Shown piece by piece: positions 5,860 to 12,864 of a DNA stretch of 12,864 bases (position 1 is its first letter; each line of letters starts with the position of its first letter). The stretch covers positions 1-12,864 of the forward strand of contig JAEOTQ010000173.1 in the NCBI GenBank assembly GCA_016839785.1. The letters are read 5' to 3'. Both the position numbers and the translations under genes were made by a program. This DNA comes from Candidatus Hodarchaeota archaeon. GTDB lineage: Archaea; Asgardarchaeota; Heimdallarchaeia; Hodarchaeales; Hodarchaeaceae. The notes under the pieces were generated by a model. It did not search any database and was not told the DNA's origin. It saw only the letters and a program-made list of their open reading frames with translations.

Positions 5860-7389
5860 TTAGGAGGCGTATTTACCTCGTTCGACTTTTTGGACTACTC
5901 CAACAGCAACTGTTTTTCCAGAATCACGGAGAGCAAATCGTCCAAGTGCTGCAGTTTTTGCCATTGGTTCTACTACTAAAGGAGTCAAAGGAGTCATCCA
6001 CACCATACCTCTCTCACCTTGACCTAGATTGTCCTTTTCTTGGACTGCGGTTACTCGGCAAGCGACTTGGGCAGTTCCACAATGGACTACAGGAGAGTAA
6101 TTTTCATGAATTCCCCAGGCTTCGTCCTTCTTCTTTGCTTTTTTACCCAGTCCTCTGACCACGAGTACTAAGGATAAAAATCCATCAACATTTGGTTTTA
6201 AAGCTTCTGCAGGGTCAGCTGGATCACTCATTACAGCACCACGTATAATATCCTTTGCACCAACATTTTTCGTTTTAATATTAAAACCGATATTATCTCC
6301 GGGTGTTGCTTGTGGAATATCTTTGTGAAATTCTTGTATCGATTTCACCGTAATTGGTACGGGTTCAATGCTCTGTTTTGTAGGAGAAATTACCATCTCT
6401 GAATTTGGTTTTAACACTCCAGTAGAAAGCCTTCCAGTTAAGACCGTTCCTACACCACTAATATTGAGGGTTTGCTGAATTGGTAAGCGAATTGCTTGTT
6501 TTGCCAACGCATCTTTACGAACTGCGGGTGATTCCAGAATATCAAGAGATTCAATAAGGGATGGTCCATCATACCATTTTAATCCCTCAAAACCTGCTTT
6601 TATATCCTCAATTTCTTTTTCTAACGATGTAATGAACTCAGGATCTGCATTTCCAGCTTTTGCTGCAGTTACATGTCCTTCTAAGTTTTTAATTGAATTT
6701 TCTTTAGAGAGAAGATTTACACCCACTAATCCACTAGTAGGGACGTATTTAATTGCTGCTAAACGGGCCTCTTTATTCTCTATCTGTAATGCTCCCATTA
6801 ATTGAGTAAAGATTGTATGAATTGCGGTTTTAATCTGTTCATATCGTTCCTTACCCCAGTCAACAACGTCCATCTTATTGATAGCTACAACTATATTTGT
6901 AACTCCAAGTGAAGTTAGGAGTAGCATATGCTCTGTGGTCATTCCTATAACGTTAGCATATTTTCCAGAAGCGGTTCCAGCGACTTTGGTACCATCTTCA
7001 AATTCTCCTTTTCTCGCAGATACGACTAAAATAGCGGCATCTGCTTGAGAAGCGCCGGTAATCATATTTTTTATAAAATCACTATGGCCTGGAGCGTCGA
7101 TTAAGTTATAGATGAATTTCTTGGTCTTAAATTCTTGAAAAGATATGTTAATTGTGAGACCTCGTTCTCTTTCATCCATCAGAGGATCCAAAATCCAGGC
7201 GTACGACCAGCTACCCATGCCTGTAGCTTTGCTATCTTTATAGTATTTTTCAGCAATTCGCCAAGGTTGTCGTTTCTTTTTAGGATCATGTATCTGACCT
7301 AGTAAGAACAACATGTGGCCAAGACCGGTAGATTTTCCGTGATCAACGTGTCCAGTGACCACTAAATTCATTCTTTCGAGATCTGCCAT
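5860..7389 (-). CDS. tuf: Elongation factor 1-alpha (aEF1A), divergent, with several insertions
   Basis: GHVDHGKST, ERERGLTI, DAPGH.DFIKNMITGASQAD, NKMD, RLPIQ....ISGVGTV.TGR, PGDNIGFN, LGRFALRD.GKTVAVG. Family is secure; whether this is the main elongation factor is inferred. Confidence 0.85.
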   Translation of the reverse strand: MADLERMNLVVTGHVDHGKSTGLGHMLFLLGQIHDPKKKRQPWRIAEKYYKDSKATGMGSWSYAWILDPLMDERERGLTINISFQEFKTKKFIYNLIDAPGHSDFIKNMITGASQADAAILVVSARKGEFEDGTKVAGTASGKYANVIGMTTEHMLLLTSLGVTNIVVAINKMDVVDWGKERYEQIKTAIHTIFTQLMGALQIENKEARLAAIKYVPTSGLVGVNLLSKENSIKNLEGHVTAAKAGNADPEFITSLEKEIEDIKAGFEGLKWYDGPSLIESLDILESPAVRKDALAKQAIRLPIQQTLNISGVGTVLTGRLSTGVLKPNSEMVISPTKQSIEPVPITVKSIQEFHKDIPQATPGDNIGFNIKTKNVGAKDIIRGAVMSDPADPAEALKPNVDGFLSLVLVVRGLGKKAKKKDEAWGIHENYSPVVHCGTAQVACRVTAVQEKDNLGQGERGMVWMTPLTPLVVEPMAKTAALGRFALRDSGKTVAVGVVQKVERGKYAS

Positions 7390-7514
7390 TATTATTCACC
7401 AGAATATTATTTATTACTTGTGTATTGGATTAATTAAACACATTTTTTCTCTAAAATTGGTTTTAATCCTAAGAAACAGCGAAACAAAAAACTGTTTATC
7501 TCATTTTGCATTCA

Positions 7515-7643
7515 TGGGGGCTGGTGAAATTTTGGAGCGAGGGGGAGACTTCAGCATTTTTTGGGTTACTATAAAGATGTAACAAGTTTGTGGGGTGAGG
7601 TAATGTAAGATGAGCCCTCCACAAGATCACCCCCCAGGTTTTT
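7515..7643. ncRNA. Candidate structured RNA or small non-autonomous element, unassigned
   Basis: GC-rich island in an AT-rich intergenic. Ends pair (TGGGGG..GGTGA with TCACC..CCCCA). Inner stems TTGTGGGG 7588-7595/CTCCACAA 7617-7624 and GTTAC 7565-7569/GTAAC 7579-7583. T5 run at 7639-7643. Confidence 0.35.
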
Positions 7644-7744
7644 AAGTCTAATTCCTATTCTAATTTTGAATAGTTCCCTTTTCCATTCCTTTTTTTTTCT
7701 GTTCTATATAATTCAATTGACTGATAGTTCGCACAGCTAACGCA

Positions 7745-8752
7745 TTAATATAGTTGAACTAGAGGTTTAGCAAGTAGTAGATAATGTTCTCTCAGTGTAA
7801 ATTCAGCAATTTCTAGGATTTCAGATAATTTCTTTTGGGTTAACACCCCACGTCTACTTTGTCTTAAATAACACTCTGGAAAAACTTTTTGCCTTGCTAA
7901 TAGTATATCAGCAGCATTTATCATTGCAGCAGCCAAGATGAACGGATTACGGCCACCTCGCTTTGTCAATGGGAATCGATTCAGTAATTGTTTCGCAACA
8001 ACTCGAAGCTGTTGAAAAAATTCTTCTCGATTCCTGGTTCTTTTTTGTATAGCATTTCTAAGAAGATAATCTTTCTGAATTCTTCCTATTATCGTATCAA
8101 GATATTCCTCAGACTTTACATGCCTAACTCGAATTTTCGCATATTGACGAATTAAGGAGGCTGATCTAATAATATCTTTACCTGCTATTGAGTATCCATT
8201 GAACTGTACTGCTTTTACTAGCCTACTCAACTCAATATTTTCTTTTCTTGTCCGTACAGCTAAATATAATGCTCCCATTATAATACAGGATAACTTCATT
8301 TTCCTTTTTAACTGGTGATGGACCTTTTGGAAAAGAAATAGGGCATCTGCTTTTGTTGCATCAGTCACTTCGAGGGAACTACACACTCGTGATAGCAGAC
8401 CAAATCCTCTGTATTCTCTTTGGCGGCCATTTAAATGTAAATAGATATCATTTAATGACTTTAACCTTCGATATTGGAGTTTCTTTGATAATGTTAATTG
8501 TGATCCACTGGAGTCCACGAAATTCTTCTTTTGAAATGCTCCAATAAATGTGCCTAGAGTTTTCATTTTACTAGGTTGTTCACTTATTGAGGCATACTGA
8601 CTTCCGTAGCTTCCTTCGGAACTTATTAATTGGATAGAGGGTTTTTCATAGATCTGCTGAGCAATCAATCCGCAATTTATACATACAATGTCAGAATCCG
8701 TTTGTATTAGATTTCCATCACACTCTAGGCATCGATATTTCATCGTATTCAC
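7745..8752 (-). CDS. tfb: Transcription initiation factor TFB/TFIIB family protein, divergent paralog
   Basis: Zn ribbon CLEC..CINCG, RRLKSLN linker, two cyclin-like repeats, GRNP..LAAA and TQKKLSEILEIAEFTLREHY HTH. Likely ATG start at 8743. Confidence 0.85.
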   Translation of the reverse strand: MNTMKYRCLECDGNLIQTDSDIVCINCGLIAQQIYEKPSIQLISSEGSYGSQYASISEQPSKMKTLGTFIGAFQKKNFVDSSGSQLTLSKKLQYRRLKSLNDIYLHLNGRQREYRGFGLLSRVCSSLEVTDATKADALFLFQKVHHQLKRKMKLSCIIMGALYLAVRTRKENIELSRLVKAVQFNGYSIAGKDIIRSASLIRQYAKIRVRHVKSEEYLDTIIGRIQKDYLLRNAIQKRTRNREEFFQQLRVVAKQLLNRFPLTKRGGRNPFILAAAMINAADILLARQKVFPECYLRQSRRGVLTQKKLSEILEIAEFTLREHYLLLAKPLVQLY

Positions 8753-8962
8753 AGATGGAACATGACATACACTAGTATCTAAACTAAGTATAGAATGAGA
8801 GACTTATGTGAAAATGAAGCTTTCTGGCTATAGTAATTATTCTTGTATGAGCAGTACTATTCAATTTAATTTATAATTGAAAGAGAAAAAGGGAGGAAAT
8901 TATCATTAAAATATAAAAGACAGAGACCCCTACAAAAAAAATAACGAGAAATAGATTAATTC

Positions 8963-8970
8963 TATAAATA
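8963..8970 (+). promoter_or_regulatory. Putative TATA box for the DUF655-rsmA unit
   Basis: TATAAATA ending about 24 nt before ATG 8994, the usual archaeal spacing for a short or absent leader. The AT-rich background lowers its significance. Confidence 0.35.
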
Positions 8971-8993
8971 ACACCTCCAGAGGAATACAGCTG

Positions 8994-9596
8994 ATGAAAA
9001 GACAAGTGGATGGATCAAAAAAAGGAAAAAGATTTCCACCCAGAAACAAGCAGGGAATAGGAAAAGTTCTTGTCTTAGATTATTACCCTCAAGGGAAATC
9101 TTTAAGTCGCAAATCTGCTGAAGCTTTTAATCCATTAGCTGTTGTTATTTCAATTAATCGCTTGCAGTTTTTTGATATAATTCTGTCCAGAGGAAAAAAT
9201 GTAAAGGCAGGTCAAACGATAGAGACTTCTGCATTAAAATCAGATATTTTTAAAATAAATAAAATTGGATTTAATGAATTATCGGATTCTGCTGTCGATA
9301 TCCTTCCCGAAATCATAAAAGAAATCGTAATACTTTCAGAATCAAGATTTACCAACTTTCTAAATCATGCACGTCCACTAACAACTCAAATGCATCAACT
9401 TCAATTATTGCCCGGTATAGGGAATAAACGGCTTTGGCAAATCATTGAAGCAAGAAGAAAAACTCCATTTAAGAACCTTAACGATTTTACTGAAAGAACT
9501 GGGATCTCAGATCCAATTGGGTTATTTTCTAATAGAATTCTCCAAGAGATCCGTGGAGATGAAAAATATCAACTTTTTATTAAAAAACCGAAATGA
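8994..9596 (+). CDS. DUF655 family putative RNA-binding protein (COG1491-like)
   Basis: VLDYYPQG, F..FLN.A.PLTT.MHQLQLLPGIG.K helix-hairpin-helix, RI..EI....KY.LF. Sits directly upstream of rsmA, as is usual in archaea. Confidence 0.9.
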   Translation: MKRQVDGSKKGKRFPPRNKQGIGKVLVLDYYPQGKSLSRKSAEAFNPLAVVISINRLQFFDIILSRGKNVKAGQTIETSALKSDIFKINKIGFNELSDSAVDILPEIIKEIVILSESRFTNFLNHARPLTTQMHQLQLLPGIGNKRLWQIIEARRKTPFKNLNDFTERTGISDPIGLFSNRILQEIRGDEKYQLFIKKPK

Positions 9597-9602
9597 TTTA
9601 GT

Positions 9603-10502
9603 TTGAGCCACTTCCACTTTCTAAACGAGGGGGATTTGAAGAGTTATACTCAATCAATAATCACTGATTACGCTATTACTCCCCACAAACCATATGGCCA
9701 AAATTTTGTCATAAAAAAGCAACTCGTTGAAGAGATACTTACGTCTGCACAGATTATAGATGATGAGACCATCCTTGAAATAGGGGGAGGAATTGGAACC
9801 TTAACCTATTATTTATTACAGGAAACGAAAAACGTTATCACATATGAAATTGATCCGATATTAGCTTCTGTCCTTAAAAAGGAATTTTATCCTTATAATA
9901 ACCGATTAAAAGTTATTTCAAAAGATTTTCTCAAAGAAAAAGATATACCACACGGGAAAATCGTCTCAAATCTTCCATATTCAATTTCCTCTCCAGTAAT
10001 TTGGAAGATTTCAAAGATGGCAAATCCACCGAAAACGATAGTACTCACCCTTCAGGAGGAATTTGCTAATCACCTTTGTGCAAAAGTCGGATCCAGAGAT
10101 TATAGTAGATTATCTGTCTACTCGTCATATTTCTATGATATTAAAAAGATATCAATCTTTCCATCAAATTATTTCTATCCAAAACCTAAAGTGTCTTCAT
10201 GTCTTGTACGAGGAGAATCAATTATTCCAGCAGATATGGTTAAAGAAAAATCCTTTTTTATTTTTCTAACAGCTCTTTTCTGTAGAAAGAATAAGAAAGC
10301 ACGAAATAATTTACTGGTTTATCAAAAGAAACTTGACCGTCAATTTAGACCGAAATATCGTAATCTTCTTGACACATTAGAATTATCACAGATACAACCG
10401 ATTCATCTCTCACCTTATGAAATCTTAACGTTCTATATAGATTACCGTCAAATGATGATTGACAACTTTGAAGTTAGTGATTTTAGAGATTTTATGGAAT
10501 GA
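9603..10502 (+). CDS. rsmA: SSU rRNA adenine dimethyltransferase RsmA/KsgA/Dim1
   Basis: GQNF, LEIGGGIG.LT SAM-binding motif, YEID, SNLPYSISSP, QEEFA..L.A, DYSRLSV, F.PKPKV.S. Confidence 0.95.
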   Translation: MSHFHFLNEGDLKSYTQSIITDYAITPHKPYGQNFVIKKQLVEEILTSAQIIDDETILEIGGGIGTLTYYLLQETKNVITYEIDPILASVLKKEFYPYNNRLKVISKDFLKEKDIPHGKIVSNLPYSISSPVIWKISKMANPPKTIVLTLQEEFANHLCAKVGSRDYSRLSVYSSYFYDIKKISIFPSNYFYPKPKVSSCLVRGESIIPADMVKEKSFFIFLTALFCRKNKKARNNLLVYQKKLDRQFRPKYRNLLDTLELSQIQPIHLSPYEILTFYIDYRQMMIDNFEVSDFRDFME

Positions 10503-10770
10503 AAGGGTAAATCAATGGAAGACCCGCAAAAAAAAATGGAACTGTAACAGCTATGAATGTTATCCCTGTAGCTACAATATTTATCTCAATTTCTTTTTTG
10601 TTCCGGACCAATCTATCACCAAGACGTATTAACAACATTATTAATGAGATAGCTCGAACTAACCATGCAATAAAAACCAGTAAGGTCCATAATATCTGAT
10701 CTCCAGACTCAATAAGAAGTTGCCACCCCCTAATATAGTCGTCCCACTGGCTTAAATAATATACAAGCAT
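10492..10770 (-). CDS. Small hypothetical membrane protein
   Basis: 92-aa ORF with two clear hydrophobic segments filling the gap between rsmA and the IS. 11-nt tail-to-tail overlap with rsmA. No family recognised. Confidence 0.55.
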   Translation of the reverse strand: MLVYYLSQWDDYIRGWQLLIESGDQILWTLLVFIAWLVRAISLIMLLIRLGDRLVRNKKEIEINIVATGITFIAVTVPFFFAGLPLIYPFIP

Positions 10771-10809
10771 TTAACACACCATGATCAAACCAATATAATG
10801 TGTTAAGTC

Positions 10810-12218
10810 TCACTTATAATCTCCCAAATTCCAGTTTTCACGCATCACCTCCGCGAAATTGAAGCTGTGGTAGTATTTCATACCGTAACAAACGGAGAAA
10901 ACAACGAGCAATGCATACTAACTCATCAGCTTGCTTAATAATCACTAAAGTCTCATCTAATAGTTTAAAAGAACGCCCTTCTCTCAAACGTTGAATTAAA
11001 GAAGAATAGACAATCCAAAGAGCATTAAAAACCATGGCTAAGCCGTAGAGAAGTAATCGGAGTTGGGGCTTGGTACTATTCGTAACAGCTTTAAATTCAT
11101 TGGTACAGCGAATATCAGTCTCTACAATCCATCTCTTACTATATAATCGGACTACAGTCCGTGGAGAGACGGTAGTATTGGTTAAATACAGAAATAAAAA
11201 ATAACCCGCCCTTTTATAGGGATTTTTACAATGAGTCCGATGTCGTACAAATGCTGCTACGAGTGGAACTGGCTTCCGTCGTTTACCAGTCGAGAAGTAC
11301 TCGACACGATAAGTATCTAGCCCCTTCTGCCGTAACCAACGACCCAACGCCAGTGAATCCGTTGTATTAACCCCCGCTTAGTGTGCAAGGATATGTACAG
11401 TTTCCTGAATCGTCTGGGCCGCCTGTTTGATCCGACTATGGCGAATGGCTGCAATGACGTATTCCAACCTTCTGTCTTCCACTAATTGAATAATACTCTC
11501 TTGACAGAACCCACGATCGAAAAGTACCCGTTTAACAGGCAACCAGACAAACAATTCATCCAAAATCTCACTAACAATATCTGCTTTGCGTTTTAATCGT
11601 TCTTTCGGCATTAAGCGGACGGCAACAGGACATCGAATGTTTTGAGTGGCGATTGTGACGACCAAATAGCTGATAGCATAGTTACTTCCTTTCTTCTTGT
11701 TTACTCCGACCACCCAGTTGTGAGACGATTTTCCATAAAAGGGTTGGTTGTATAAATCGAAAGCTAAAGTAATTTTGGTCTTAGGATGAAATTTCAATCT
11801 GAAAACCACCTCGATGAGCCAACCATTGACTAACTGCTCTGTTTGCTCGAATTGAAGTTCGGCACACCGTTTATGGACAGTATCAGCTGAGGGACCGTTA
11901 CTCATCGAACAAATGTCTTCAAGTGAGGTACGCTCTAAACACACTTGAATTAGTCTTTTAACGATGTTCTTAGATTGCCAGGTGCTCTTAGAGGAGTATT
12001 TACCGATAATTTTTGAGGTATCATATCCAGCACAAACTTTATAAAGTTCGTTTTTTATGAATTTCTTGGTAGTTCTTTGAAAATGCATATAGTTTGATCT
12101 CCAATCTCTATATGCGGAACTACCACTATTCAAACTTTTTTGTTGGAAATAAAATCTATTCCTTCATTTTCGTAGTTACGTGAAGACTGAAATTCAATAG
12201 ATAGAAATACATAAGTGA
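10810..12218 (-). mobile_element. Insertion sequence, ISH3/IS4-like, boundaries tentative
   Basis: Transposase bracketed by a short inverted match TCACTTAT 10810-10817 / ATAAGTGA 12211-12218, giving about 1.4 kb. Only 8 bp match and no target duplication is seen. Confidence 0.5.
10838..12133 (-). pseudogene. DDE transposase (ISH3 / IS4-like) with a single in-frame stop
   Basis: The two tracked ORFs share a frame and are joined by TAA (11378-11380) plus AGVNTTDSLA. Catalytic motifs LAFD, LFDRGF and YSKRWIVET. Probable ATG at 12088. Confidence 0.85.
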
Positions 12219-12715
12219 TTAAAACCCTCAGTATATTCTTTATTGATCTGTACAAAATTGTTTCCTCATCAATCCCATTCTTTCTAAATCATTGGAAAAA
12301 AGATGTGACTTCGACGAATATGTGAAAAATATTTTGGATTGGTATAAATGAAACATAACATAAACCTGATTTGTACAAACTATGTGTATTCTAACTGAAC
12401 TAATTCGATTGAATTCACTAAGATTTCGAATTGAATTAAGAGATTATTTATAGAGGTGCTCAGATAATTAATTAATTGACGAGATTATTCATTAAATTGT
12501 CTTCGATCCATTTTAAGTAAGTAAAATACCAATTCACTCAAAAAGAAACCAGATCCAGAAAAAAACATTTAAAGATAACTCAAGTGTTGCCAAACTGGAC
12601 ATAATAACGTAATTTTAGCCACAGGACGGATAAAGAAGAAATGTTCTCCTGTAATTTTACGTTCAATTAAAATAGATTAGATTAGATCAACTGAATAAGC
12701 AGCAGATGGACAATA

Positions 12716-12864
12716 ATGGAACTAGAGATAATAGAACAGCATGAGAATTTTGTGAAGTTTGTTCTCTCTGGTATTACTCCTACTTTCGCAAATACCTTAC
12801 GTCGGCTTATAATGAGTGAGGTACCGACTATGGCGATCGATGAGGTAATTATCATTGAAAATAC
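12716..12864 (+). CDS. rpoD: DNA-directed RNA polymerase subunit D (Rpo3), partial, runs off the window
   Basis: Manual translation MELEIIEQHENFVKFVLSGITPTFANTLRRLIMSEVPTMAIDEVIIIEN carries the ANxLRR...EVP.MAID.V...EN signature. Not in the ORF track. Confidence 0.93.
   Translation, partial: MELEIIEQHENFVKFVLSGITPTFANTLRRLIMSEVPTMAIDEVIIIEN

Noticed and set aside
5001-6158. Plus-strand ORFs 5001-5201 and 5946-6158
   Set aside because: Short antisense shadows inside the EF1A-family genes.
4471-7389. SelB or aIF2-gamma identity for either GTPase
   Set aside because: Both have EF1A-type features (helical insert after G1, KNMI.GASQAD, NKMD) and no SelB domain IV extension or aIF2-gamma Zn knuckle.
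7355-7582. 75-aa plus-strand ORF
   Set aside because: Overlaps the EF1A start in antisense and its promoter region; no family features.
8353-8547. 64-aa plus-strand ORF
   Set aside because: Antisense within tfb.
8976-8988. ORB-like sequence CTCCAGAGGAATA
   Set aside because: Single intergenic copy with no G-string and no cdc6/orc gene nearby; it also fits a ribosome-binding site for DUF655.
10063-10269. 68-aa alternative-frame ORF
   Set aside because: Nested in rsmA with no independent support.
11378-11380. Stop-codon recoding (Sec/Pyl) in the transposase
   Set aside because: The stop is TAA, not TGA or TAG, and all other genes here use the standard code.
12219-12715. CRISPR array or replication origin in the long AT-rich intergenic
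   Set aside because: No regularly spaced repeats or ORB-type boxes visible.

Overview
AT-rich archaeal housekeeping region, most likely from an Asgard archaeon (inferred from an OSTC/DC2-like eukaryotic-signature gene among archaeal-type translation and transcription genes). It holds three tRNA genes broken by seven bulge-helix-bulge (BHB) type introns: tRNA-Trp(CCA) with 3, one of them a box C/D guide RNA aimed at its own precursor; tRNA-Ala(CGC) with 1; and tRNA-Ser(TGA) with 3, one at the unusual 8/9 site. Protein genes: rpl12, an XRE-HTH regulator, an OSTC-like subunit, rps10, rps7, two divergent tandem EF-1alpha-family GTPases, a divergent TFB, DUF655, rsmA/dim1, a small membrane protein, an ISH3/IS4-like transposase with an in-frame stop, and the start of rpoD, which the ORF track missed. 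Best leads: the EF-1alpha pair (one insertion-rich, one Hbs1/eRF3-like), the multi-intron tRNAs, and a GC-rich structured element at about 7515-7643. All structures and family calls were made by eye, with no searches run.
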